Shown: piece by piece, positions 26,945 through 35,056 of the stretch
How the letters are laid out: each line of letters starts with the position of its first letter
Numbering within the stretch: the first letter of the stretch is position 1
Virus record (IMG/VR): IMGVR_UViG_3300042922_001182
Location: 62,001-126,000 of that record
Length of the DNA stretch: 64,000 nt
Reading direction: 5' to 3' (one strand)
Translations under genes and position numbers: made by a program
Notes under the pieces: generated by a model
The model's input: the letters and a program-made list of their open reading frames with translations, nothing else
The model's database searches: none
What the model was told of the DNA's origin: nothing

Positions 26945-29662
26945 TTGAGGATCGACTACCTTAAGCTGGAGAACTACGCCGGTATCGCGCACGGCACGGG
27001 CTTGACCGAGATCGAGCTGGACTTCTCCGCTGGCAACCGCTTCATCATGCTGGTGGGCAAGAACGGCAGCGGCAAGACGACGATCCTGTCGGCCTTCCAC
27101 CCCTTCGCCGGTACCTACGACAGCCGCCCGACGCCCATCACCCCCGGCAAGGAGGGCCGCAAGGTCGTCCGTATCAGCCACGACGGCTCCACCTACGAGG
27201 TCCAGCACTTTTACGGCAAGCGTGCCGTCAAGTCCTTCATCTCCAAGGACGGCGTCGAGCTGAACGAGAACGGCGGCGTGACGACCTTCAAGGATCTCGT
27301 GCTGACCGAGCTGGGCCTGGACGAGGACTACTTCAAGATCGGCCGCATCGGCTCCAACGTCTCCAGCTTCACCGACCTCACCACCGCGAAGCGCAAGGAG
27401 TTCATCTCGAACTTCCTGCCGGAGATCGACGACTACCTCACCTGTCACAAGAACGCCAACGCCCGCTTCAACCTGGTGAAGAAGGAGGTCGCTACCATCA
27501 GCGACCAGCTCAAGCGCATCGACACTCTGGAAGCCCTCCAGTCGCTGCTTGAGGCAGATACCGGTCGTCTGACCGCCTTCGAGACCGACATCCAAGCGGC
27601 GTCGGAGGAGAAGGCCAGGAACCACGGCAGGTCCCAGCAGATCTCGGCGGACATGGTGCCTCTTCGTGCTGCGTCAGCCGACTTCGTCGCCTACGCCAAG
27701 GTCCACGCCAAGGCCAGCGCCACCGTGAGCGCCCTGGGCGCCAAGCACCCCAAGCTGGCCGCTCTGTCGGTCGCCGAGGTGCGCTCCATGCTGGCCGCGA
27801 CCAACGAGGCCCAAGCCGCTACCGTGGCGACCTTGGACAGCGTGAAGGTCAGGCTGCAGGACGCGCTGGTCGAGTCGGCCCGCAGGGTCAACGCCAAGAA
27901 GTCGAAGAAGGACCAGCTAGCCAAGCTAGGTCGGACCGACGAGACGGCGGAGGAGATCGATCAGCTCGTCGCCTCCCTTAGCGAGCGCGTCGCCTACGCC
28001 GCTTCCGAGCTTGCCGCCCTGAAGGCCAAGGGCTTCCCCGATCTGTCGGGGATTCCCTCCAAAGACGTGCTCACAGCGAAGGGCCTTCTCAAGGAGCTCA
28101 GCGACTACCTGCTCCTCACCCTGAGGGGCGACGGAGGTCAGGATGTCCGTAGCTTCTTCGTGGTGGAGCTGGAATCGGGAACGCTCAGCGCGGCCTCCAT
28201 CGCCTCGATGGTCCACGAGTCCCGGGAGGCTTCCAAGGCCGCGATCGCTAAGTGCGTTGCCATCAGGGAGGAGATCGCTGGTCTGAAGGGAAACCTCGGA
28301 CAGCTCGAAATCCTCAAGAAGCGCCCCGCCGAGTGCCGGATGGACCACTGCGCCTTCATAAGCAACGCCCTCCAGTACAAGGACCTCCCCCTGACCATCA
28401 AGGGCAAGGAGATCGAGCTCCAGAGGGCCGAGGAAGCGGCGGCCTCCTTAGGGGATGACCTTGAGAGCTGTCTGGGCATGCAGAAGATCTACGAGGCCTT
28501 CAAGCAGTACGCCCTTCGCGCCTCCAAGTACGACATGCTTCAGCGCATCCCCGGTCTCTACGAGAGCCTGTCGACCGCCAAGGCGATCGCCGGTCTCCTC
28601 TGGAAGCCGGAGGCCGAGATCGAGGACTACCTCGACCTGGGCCGGGCCCACCGTGCGGCCGTCCTGGCCGAGGCCCTCGCCGAGTCGGAGGAGAAGGTCA
28701 AGATCGCCAAGGAGAGGCTGGAGATGGTCCGCTCCCAGCAGGACACCATCGACAGCATCCGGAACGAGCTGAAGGACCTGGAAACCTCCTGCACGGAGGC
28801 CGACCAGCTAGCGGACCAGCTTGCCGAGGAGGAGAAGGCCCTCGTCGACAAGCACGCCAAGGCTACCCTCCGCATCGAGGTCCTAGGCACCTTCCTGAGC
28901 GCCATGGAGGAGATGCAGACGACCACCAGCACCTTGGCCGCGCTGGAATCCGACAACAACCGCTTCAGCGACCTCTCGGCGCAGCTGAAGCTCGCCACGT
29001 CGGAGGCCGAAAAGGCCGAGAAGAGGGCCGCCGATCTGACCAGGGAAAAGGCCCCGCTGGTGAAGCGCATCGACGACGTGAAGCTTCGGATCGCCAAGAG
29101 GGAGGAGCTGGAGCAGCGCATCGCTTCCCTTGAGGACTCCTACAAGACCCTTGACCTGATCCGGCGATCCCTGGACCCCGCCAAGGGCATCCCGCTGTTC
29201 TTCATCGACGGATACCTGAAGCGCACCAAGCGCATCTGCAACGAGCTGCTGTCGCTGGCCTACGGCGACCGCTTCCGGGTCAGCGACTTCGTCATCAGCG
29301 ACAAGGAGTTCAAGATCCAGGTCCGCAAGCAGGACGCTGGGATCCTAGACGACGTCCTCCACGCCTCCCAGGGCGAAAGGGCGCTGGTCACGATCAGCCT
29401 CTCCCTGGCGCTCATCGAGCAGGCCATCTCCAAGTACAACATCCTGTGCCTGGACGAGATGGACGGCCCGCTGGACGCCGACAACCGCTCGGCCTTCGTC
29501 GAGATGCTGGACACCCAGGCCCGCAAGCTGGGCATCGAGCAGGTCCTGCTCATCTCCCACAACGAGAACTTCTTCGGACAGCCCATCGACCTGGTGCTGC
29601 TGGACGGAGCCAACGTAGACGCCACTTCGGTCCCGGACGCCCGGGTCGTATTCGGAGGATAG
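26945..29662 (+). CDS. SbcC/Rad50-like SMC ATPase (T4 gp46-like)
   Basis: Walker A GKNGSGKTT, long coiled coil with central C....C hook-like motif, signature ASQGE, Walker B/D-loop LCLDEMDGPLD, LISH. Confidence 0.9.
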   Translation: MRIDYLKLENYAGIAHGTGLTEIELDFSAGNRFIMLVGKNGSGKTTILSAFHPFAGTYDSRPTPITPGKEGRKVVRISHDGSTYEVQHFYGKRAVKSFISKDGVELNENGGVTTFKDLVLTELGLDEDYFKIGRIGSNVSSFTDLTTAKRKEFISNFLPEIDDYLTCHKNANARFNLVKKEVATISDQLKRIDTLEALQSLLEADTGRLTAFETDIQAASEEKARNHGRSQQISADMVPLRAASADFVAYAKVHAKASATVSALGAKHPKLAALSVAEVRSMLAATNEAQAATVATLDSVKVRLQDALVESARRVNAKKSKKDQLAKLGRTDETAEEIDQLVASLSERVAYAASELAALKAKGFPDLSGIPSKDVLTAKGLLKELSDYLLLTLRGDGGQDVRSFFVVELESGTLSAASIASMVHESREASKAAIAKCVAIREEIAGLKGNLGQLEILKKRPAECRMDHCAFISNALQYKDLPLTIKGKEIELQRAEEAAASLGDDLESCLGMQKIYEAFKQYALRASKYDMLQRIPGLYESLSTAKAIAGLLWKPEAEIEDYLDLGRAHRAAVLAEALAESEEKVKIAKERLEMVRSQQDTIDSIRNELKDLETSCTEADQLADQLAEEEKALVDKHAKATLRIEVLGTFLSAMEEMQTTTSTLAALESDNNRFSDLSAQLKLATSEAEKAEKRAADLTREKAPLVKRIDDVKLRIAKREELEQRIASLEDSYKTLDLIRRSLDPAKGIPLFFIDGYLKRTKRICNELLSLAYGDRFRVSDFVISDKEFKIQVRKQDAGILDDVLHASQGERALVTISLSLALIEQAISKYNILCLDEMDGPLDADNRSAFVEMLDTQARKLGIEQVLLISHNENFFGQPIDLVLLDGANVDATSVPDARVVFGG

Positions 29663-29669
29663 ACTTCAA

Positions 29670-30257
29670 ATGGAACAGAGCAACGTCGGATTCTACTGCC
29701 GCCAGTGCGGCACCCGCTGGGAGACCAAGGAGCAGGCCGAGGCCTGCTCTACGACCCCCGTCATCCCCTTCGGCACAAAGTACGTGACTACCCGCCAGGC
29801 CCAGGTCAAGCACGTCCTCCTGAGGGTGAAGGGCATCCGTGGCACCGGCTGCTGCCAGACGCTCGTCCTGAGCATGCCCACCACGTTCGTCGAGGAGATG
29901 CGCGGCCTCACCAAGTTCCGCCACGGCTCCTGGAAGCAGAACTGCGAGGAGTACAGCGTCAGCCGCACGACGAAGACCCACCCGGACGACATCATCCCGG
30001 TGACCGAGTCCATGCTCCTCGCACGGGCGTCCCACATCAACTCCGCCATCGCCAGGCTTGAGAACGTTATCAAGACCCTCCGCCGCATCCAGGCCTTCTA
30101 CAAGACCGTCTTCGAGAACGGCGAGTACGCCGCCCCGAGCGAGGACAAGAAGCTGGCGAACTCGTACAGCAAGGAGCTGGATAAGCTGGGATGGAAGCGC
30201 AAGCAGCAGCCCGACGCGGCGACCCAGGTCTCCGGGGAGACGGGGCCTAACGCGTAA
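29670..30257 (+). CDS. Hypothetical protein with N-terminal Zn ribbon
   Basis: FYCRQCG....KEQAEAC. Confidence 0.7.
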   Translation: MEQSNVGFYCRQCGTRWETKEQAEACSTTPVIPFGTKYVTTRQAQVKHVLLRVKGIRGTGCCQTLVLSMPTTFVEEMRGLTKFRHGSWKQNCEEYSVSRTTKTHPDDIIPVTESMLLARASHINSAIARLENVIKTLRRIQAFYKTVFENGEYAAPSEDKKLANSYSKELDKLGWKRKQQPDAATQVSGETGPNA

Positions 30258-30268
30258 AAGGGCCCGCC

Positions 30269-30280
30269 AACACCATGATA
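30269..30280 (+). promoter_or_regulatory. Late-type promoter AACA-ccatga-TA upstream of the tRNA
   Basis: Exact motif. Confidence 0.55.
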
Positions 30281-30321
30281 CGCCGGGGCTGGTGATGCCA
30301 ATCCACCCGCCCCGGTTCCAA

Positions 30322-30395
30322 GCCTTCGTAGCTCAGCTGGACAGAGCGGGTCCGTCCTAAGGACAAGGTCGGGGGTTCGAATCCCTCCGGGGGCG
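30322..30395 (+). tRNA. tRNA-Arg (anticodon CCT), CCA not encoded
   Basis: Acceptor GCCTTCG/CGGGGGC, D-arm GCTC/GAGC, anticodon loop GT-CCT-AA, T-loop GGTTCGAATCC. Confidence 0.88.
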
Positions 30396-30438
30396 CTCGC
30401 CGAAAGGCGCTAACGGCAAAGAGAAGGAGAGAAGCAAC

Positions 30439-30789
30439 ATGGATCGTCAGGAACGCGTTGCCCAAGTGGCCGCGCAGGTCGCCGCCGAGAAGAAGCAGGG
30501 CCTCACGGAGCGGGCCGTTCTCGCCACGCTAGGCGCCATTGTCGTCAGGACGAGCATCGCCAAGCTGCCGGATCAGGAAACCCGCGTGGTTTGGCAGGCA
30601 GCATACCCCGGGGTCAAGATCCTCTGCAACGAGGCGAACCGCCACATGGACGACCTGCTCGGCCACGGCGAGACGCCGGACGCAGCGGTGGCGGACCTGC
30701 TTGACGAGGCCACCCGCTTCGAGGGCAAGCTCTACTACATGACCTCCCCCGTCAGCCTGGCTGGCAAGGTCGCCGAGATCAGGGGCTAG
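30439..30789 (+). CDS. Hypothetical protein
   Basis: AAGGAG RBS. Confidence 0.7.
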   Translation: MDRQERVAQVAAQVAAEKKQGLTERAVLATLGAIVVRTSIAKLPDQETRVVWQAAYPGVKILCNEANRHMDDLLGHGETPDAAVADLLDEATRFEGKLYYMTSPVSLAGKVAEIRG

Positions 30790-30792
30790 GCC

Positions 30793-30930
30793 GTGGGCAG
30801 GGAGAAGATCGTCATCGTGGGGAAGTCCCTGCTGCTGGGTGCCGCCGTGGCCTTCGCCATCGGCGTCCCCGCCATGATCATCGCCTCGGCGAAGCCGCCA
30901 TCGGACGGCCCGGCGTTCGACAGGCGCTAG
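30793..30930 (+). CDS. Small membrane peptide, 45 aa
   Basis: GTG start, hydrophobic helix, GC3 codons. Confidence 0.45.
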   Translation: MGREKIVIVGKSLLLGAAVAFAIGVPAMIIASAKPPSDGPAFDRR

Positions 30931-30954
30931 ACAACTTTCTACGAGCGGGGGAAT

Positions 30955-30999
30955 AACGCAGAAGCGGCTAAGGCGTAGTGCCTTAGCCGCTTCTGCGTT
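30955..30999. terminator. Perfect 20-bp hairpin between convergent genes
   Basis: AACGCAGAAGCGGCTAAGGC/GCCTTAGCCGCTTCTGCGTT. Confidence 0.7.
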
Positions 31000-31007
31000 T
31001 CTTCCCT

Positions 31008-31733
31008 TTAGTCCCGAACGGGGAGGACGTCGCCGTCCTGGTCGACCCAGCCGACCGCCGTCCTGGTCACGACCACCCCACCCAGGTCGTAGCCAGCCAG
31101 CGTCTCGCCGGTCAGAGAGTCGACGACCCTCGGGACCCCTGTGCTGCTGCACACGAGCAACGGTTCGCCAGGAGCCTCCGGGGCCCGGTCGTCGCCGGTG
31201 CCACTCTCGCTGGTACTTCCGCTGCTCTTTCCTACCTCGCCCTCTTCCGGCTCCTCCTCCGTGGGGATCTCCGAGAAGCGCGCCAACAGGGCGTCCTCCG
31301 GGTCCACGTCGGCGGAGACGGTCGCAGCCCTGGACGTCGGGGCGGCGATGGACGTGTTGCTCGTCTTCGCCGCCTCCATGATCTTGTCGAAGAGCTGGAG
31401 GGCCGTTGCGCCCGCGTCCTCGCTCTCCTTGACCTTGAGGTCCTTGATCTTCATGTCCTGCTGGGTCTTCTTTAGGGCCACCAGCTCCTTGACCATGGAC
31501 AGCTTGGCGTTCTTGGTGGAGGTCATGACCTCCAGCATCCTGGCGATGCTGCCGGGCGTCGCGCCACGGCGATCCGCGAGGAGGCGGTCCAGGACCGTCT
31601 TTCCACTGTCGAACATACCGTCCAGGTCGTCGAGCTCTTTGATGAGCAGGTCCCGCTCGTAGCGGAACGGATCCGCCTCATCGTACGGGTAGCCGTTGTC
31701 GGGCGGGGAGCCCGCGTTCGCGTCCTGCGTCAT
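31008..31733 (-). CDS. Late coiled-coil protein of unknown function
   Basis: AGGGAGG RBS before ATG31733; preceded by a late promoter. Confidence 0.75.
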   Translation of the reverse strand: MTQDANAGSPPDNGYPYDEADPFRYERDLLIKELDDLDGMFDSGKTVLDRLLADRRGATPGSIARMLEVMTSTKNAKLSMVKELVALKKTQQDMKIKDLKVKESEDAGATALQLFDKIMEAAKTSNTSIAAPTSRAATVSADVDPEDALLARFSEIPTEEEPEEGEVGKSSGSTSESGTGDDRAPEAPGEPLLVCSSTGVPRVVDSLTGETLAGYDLGGVVVTRTAVGWVDQDGDVLPVRD

Positions 31734-31773
31734 GGCGTCTCCCTCCCTTTCTCGGATCGCCTGCTGATCCACT

Positions 31774-31785
31774 TATGATAGTGTT
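31774..31785 (-). promoter_or_regulatory. Late promoter AACA-ctatca-TA
   Basis: Exact motif. Confidence 0.6.
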
Positions 31786-31797
31786 AACGGTTTTGTC

Positions 31798-31807
31798 CAC
31801 ATATCAT
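31798..31807 (+). promoter_or_regulatory. Early-type motif variant CACATATCAT
   Basis: One mismatch; back-to-back with the late promoter. Confidence 0.45.
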
Positions 31808-31846
31808 CCTATCGCACCAGGAAAAGGTCGCGTAAAGGAGAAAGAC

Positions 31847-32410
31847 GTGCATCAACAGATCCATGACATCAGCGGCCTTGAGACCGCCATCAGACTTCAG
31901 CGCGGGACGGAGTACCAACTCGCACCCGGCCAGGAGTTCCAGGGGATGGGCGCAGAGCTCAGGGTCTCCCACATCCCCCTCGGGAGGGCGTGCGGCGCCT
32001 CCTTCGAGGCGACCCCGAGGCAGTTGATCGAGACGAGCTTCCGCTGCCCGGGTTGCGACCCCATGAACGAGGAGTACGGCACCGACATCATCCGTGGGGT
32101 GCTCGACGAGGCGGGGGTGGGTTACACCGAGGGGGCCTTCTTCGAGGGCCTGGTGGGAGAGGACGGGGGAGACCTCGGGTTCGACTTCGAGGTGGAGATC
32201 CCCGGCAGGGAGGACCCCCTCTACATCGCCTTCGCGCCCTCCTACTGCTTCATCAACCACGACCGCATGACCCAGGACTACCAGACACTCAGGGGGTTCG
32301 CCTTCGAGTACGAGATGGACTTCCTGGAGTTCACCTACCAGCAGGAGCCCGCAGGGATCCGCAAGGAGCTCCAGGAGGAGCTAGCCAAGAGATTGACGCC
32401 CGCTCAGTAG
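31847..32410 (+). CDS. Degenerate Vsr/DUF559-like endonuclease-fold protein with Zn motif, acidic
   Basis: H....CG..F...P..L.....CP.C, then I...L...G..Y.....F......L.FDF.V; AAGGAG RBS with GTG start. Confidence 0.5.
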   Translation: MHQQIHDISGLETAIRLQRGTEYQLAPGQEFQGMGAELRVSHIPLGRACGASFEATPRQLIETSFRCPGCDPMNEEYGTDIIRGVLDEAGVGYTEGAFFEGLVGEDGGDLGFDFEVEIPGREDPLYIAFAPSYCFINHDRMTQDYQTLRGFAFEYEMDFLEFTYQQEPAGIRKELQEELAKRLTPAQ

Positions 32411-32416
32411 AGCGAG

Positions 32417-32444
32417 AGGGGGGACGAGTTCCCCCCATTTTTTT
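32417..32444 (+). terminator. Intrinsic terminator
   Basis: GGGGGGA.../TCCCCCC plus T-run. Confidence 0.55.
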
Positions 32445-32454
32445 GGAGGAACCA

Positions 32455-33627
32455 ATGAACGCCAAGGAATCCCCCACCGTCCCCCTGCACCTGGTGCTCG
32501 CCATGGTCGGCGGCAACCACGACGACCGAGCGCGGATCCTCTCCTCGGCCCCTATCTTCCTGGACTACGGCACAGTCTCGGGTCTGGAGGAGCTGGCCAA
32601 GGCCCTCGACTTCATGGGCCAGAAGTCCGACCGCTGGAGGAAGGCCCAGTACTTCGCCAAGATGGAGTTCCTGCGCCTCGGCGGCTGGCGCTTCCTGGAC
32701 CGATACGGCGACCCGTCGTCGTACGGCGCGATGGCAAAGATGGTCTTCCTCGACGACTGCCCTGAGTACGAGCTATTCGAGAAGCTGGTCTCCAACCCCT
32801 ACGCCCCCATGATCTCGGAGCAGGCCTACCGGCAGCTGCTGGAGGAGCTGGACCGGCCCCAGCAGCGGATCGCCTACCCCGAGATCCCCCTCCCCGAGGG
32901 CTACGTCGTCGTCAAGGCCCCCGCCTTCGAGGAGGACCCCCGAGACATGATCAGCCCCGGGGGCTACGAGGAGGCACTGACGAAGGCCGGTATGGAGACG
33001 GTCGTTCTGGAGGAGACCGTGGCCCAGGTGGAGCCCACCCCTCTGGCCGTCGTCTTCCCGCCCAGGAACCCCGAGCTGGACCGGAACCCCCCTCCGTCAC
33101 CCTACCACACGGCGTCCCCGGAGCCCGTCGTCTCCACCGCCACCACCATCTTCCGCTCCAGCCAGAAGATCGTGCTCGACGGCGAGTGGTGGGTGGAGGC
33201 CAACCCCAACATCACCGCAGGCGAGTTCCTCAAGAAGACGCATCCCGATAACACCCGCGTCCTGGTCGAGGTGCTCCGCGACGGAAGCCAGGTCGCCGTC
33301 CACAGGGACGACCGGATCTTCTTCCACAGCAACGTGTTCCGGGTCTTCCGGCTCTACGAGCAGGAGAACGGTGAGCCCAAGAAGATCGCACCCGCCGTGT
33401 TCATGTACGGTCTGGATGGCGAGATGGTCGTTGCCTCAAAGCGGATCATGACTGCCGAAGAGATCCTGAAGGACAACGGCTGGGATCCGGAGCTGTTCTA
33501 CCTCGTCGAGCTACTGGGCAGCAGCCAGCAGGAGAGCTACGAGAACAAGAACGGCACCGAGTTCGACTTCGCCCTGCCGGACCACAGGCGCCTCGTCGCC
33601 GTCTACTGTGGTTCTACCGCCAACTAG
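32455..33627 (+). CDS. Protein with C-terminal tandem multi-ubiquitin-like (beta-grasp) domains
   Basis: Two repeats, IVLDGE...ITAGEFLK...LVEV and YGLDGE...MTAEEILKDNGWDPELFYLVEL.G...ESY...RLVAVYCG; GGAGG RBS. Confidence 0.6.
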   Translation: MNAKESPTVPLHLVLAMVGGNHDDRARILSSAPIFLDYGTVSGLEELAKALDFMGQKSDRWRKAQYFAKMEFLRLGGWRFLDRYGDPSSYGAMAKMVFLDDCPEYELFEKLVSNPYAPMISEQAYRQLLEELDRPQQRIAYPEIPLPEGYVVVKAPAFEEDPRDMISPGGYEEALTKAGMETVVLEETVAQVEPTPLAVVFPPRNPELDRNPPPSPYHTASPEPVVSTATTIFRSSQKIVLDGEWWVEANPNITAGEFLKKTHPDNTRVLVEVLRDGSQVAVHRDDRIFFHSNVFRVFRLYEQENGEPKKIAPAVFMYGLDGEMVVASKRIMTAEEILKDNGWDPELFYLVELLGSSQQESYENKNGTEFDFALPDHRRLVAVYCGSTAN

Positions 33628-33637
33628 GAAGGACACC

Positions 33638-34168
33638 ATGAAAGCTTACGTCACCATAGGTCTCCCCGGATCGGGGAAGACCACGTTCGTCAACGAGTTC
33701 CTGCCCAACGCGGTGAACCTGAACCTGGATGACTACCGGGCGATGGTGGGCACCGGGCCCCACGACATGCAGGCCTCCAGGGAGGCCGCCGCACGGCGGG
33801 ACCTGGACCTCCGGGTCGCCGCCTCGGAGGGCCGGGACGTCGCCATCAGCGACACCAACATGAGCAAGAAGTACAGGCTCCCGCTGATCCACATGCTCCG
33901 GGGTCTGGGCTACGAGGTGATCTTCGTGCTGTTCGACGTCGGGTGCGCAGTCTGCTGCACCCGGCAGTCCGATAGGCCGGTTGAACAGCAAGTGCCGTAC
34001 GAGGCCATCAGGAGCATGGACAAGCGCTTCTTCGAAGACGGCGCTTTCAGCACCGACGAGTACGACCGAATCATCAACATCGTCCCTTCCTACTCAGGGA
34101 GGCTGTTCGACAGCAAGCCTCCTACCATAACGATGAGGAGCGGCGGCTTCCCGTGGTGCGTCACATGA
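33638..34168 (+). CDS. P-loop polynucleotide-kinase-like protein (AAA_33)
   Basis: IGLPGSGKTT, LDDYR, ISDTN, R...R....VP.EAI..M. Confidence 0.8.
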   Translation: MKAYVTIGLPGSGKTTFVNEFLPNAVNLNLDDYRAMVGTGPHDMQASREAAARRDLDLRVAASEGRDVAISDTNMSKKYRLPLIHMLRGLGYEVIFVLFDVGCAVCCTRQSDRPVEQQVPYEAIRSMDKRFFEDGAFSTDEYDRIINIVPSYSGRLFDSKPPTITMRSGGFPWCVT

Positions 34169-34848
34169 CGGACGACAAAGGGCTGGACTTCCAGCAGGCG
34201 CAGAAGCGCCGGGTTGCCGACACGGTGATGAAGGAGCTGGGGCTCAACGCGGAGGACCTCGCCGCCGTGGCCGAGACGGCGCCGAAGGAGATCCGCGACG
34301 CCTTCTACGACTGCCTCCAGCGCAACGCGATGTACAAGAGCATCGGCAGGCAGCGGGCGGCGGAGGAGGAGGCGAGCGGGACCCCTGGCGACAGGTGCTG
34401 CAACGTGGTGTGCCCCAGCTTCAAGCAGAGCGAGTTCGAGGTGGAGACCCCCACCGAGGGCGGCTGCATCCGCATCTCTTGCACCGGGAAGCAGAACTAC
34501 TGCACGGGAGGCGTCGACAGGGCGCAGGGCTGCACCCACAGGATGAAGGAGATGCCCCCGAGCGACCCGTTCCGCTCCGACATCCCCTCCCACCAGGAGG
34601 CGGTCAACATGCTCATGCGGGCGGGTCTCCTGGAGCCGGACGAGTTCGGCCACTTCAACGGCACCGACCTCGCCCACAGGGCGGCGACGCGCTCCCTGTG
34701 GTGGGCCTATGTCGATCTCCTTGCAGAGACGGGTAAGATCCCCATCATCAACTGGACGGATGAAGACGGCGTGCAGCTCCCCGACAGGGGGGCCGTGGCC
34801 CAAGCCGCCAAGCACCACCTTTTCGGGGGCGAGACCCCCGCCAGCTAG
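34165..34848 (+). CDS. Cys-rich hypothetical protein
   Basis: ATGA overlap; cluster of Cys/His. Confidence 0.7.
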   Translation: MTDDKGLDFQQAQKRRVADTVMKELGLNAEDLAAVAETAPKEIRDAFYDCLQRNAMYKSIGRQRAAEEEASGTPGDRCCNVVCPSFKQSEFEVETPTEGGCIRISCTGKQNYCTGGVDRAQGCTHRMKEMPPSDPFRSDIPSHQEAVNMLMRAGLLEPDEFGHFNGTDLAHRAATRSLWWAYVDLLAETGKIPIINWTDEDGVQLPDRGAVAQAAKHHLFGGETPAS

Positions 34849-34852
34849 AAAC

Positions 34853-34885
34853 GCCGGAAACCGTCCCACCCGGACGGTTTCCGGC
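34853..34885. terminator. 14-bp hairpin
   Basis: GCCGGAAACCGTCC/GGACGGTTTCCGGC. Confidence 0.55.
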
Positions 34886-35056
34886 ACAAACCCCCGCTTG
34901 CCCACTTGCGTTTCGCCACGTTCGCGGCCCCAAAACCTCCGTTTCGGCCGGTGCGGGCCCCCTCCGGCCCCGCCATACTTGGGGCCGTGGACCTGAGGAA
35001 ACGCCCCGGCGGGGTCCACCGGGAGAGAGACCGGGGCAGGAGAAAGGAGGCCACGA

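Noticed and set aside
31990-32454. Long N-terminal extensions given in the ORF track (31990, 45226, 46599, 44013, 37824, 1204 starts)
   Set aside because: They overlap upstream genes in other frames and are R/G/P-rich junk; downstream starts with RBS were used instead.
34991-35050. CTGAGGA...GAAA resembling a hammerhead ribozyme core
   Set aside because: Stem II does not close directly on the conserved core, and no convincing stems I/III with a UH site were found.
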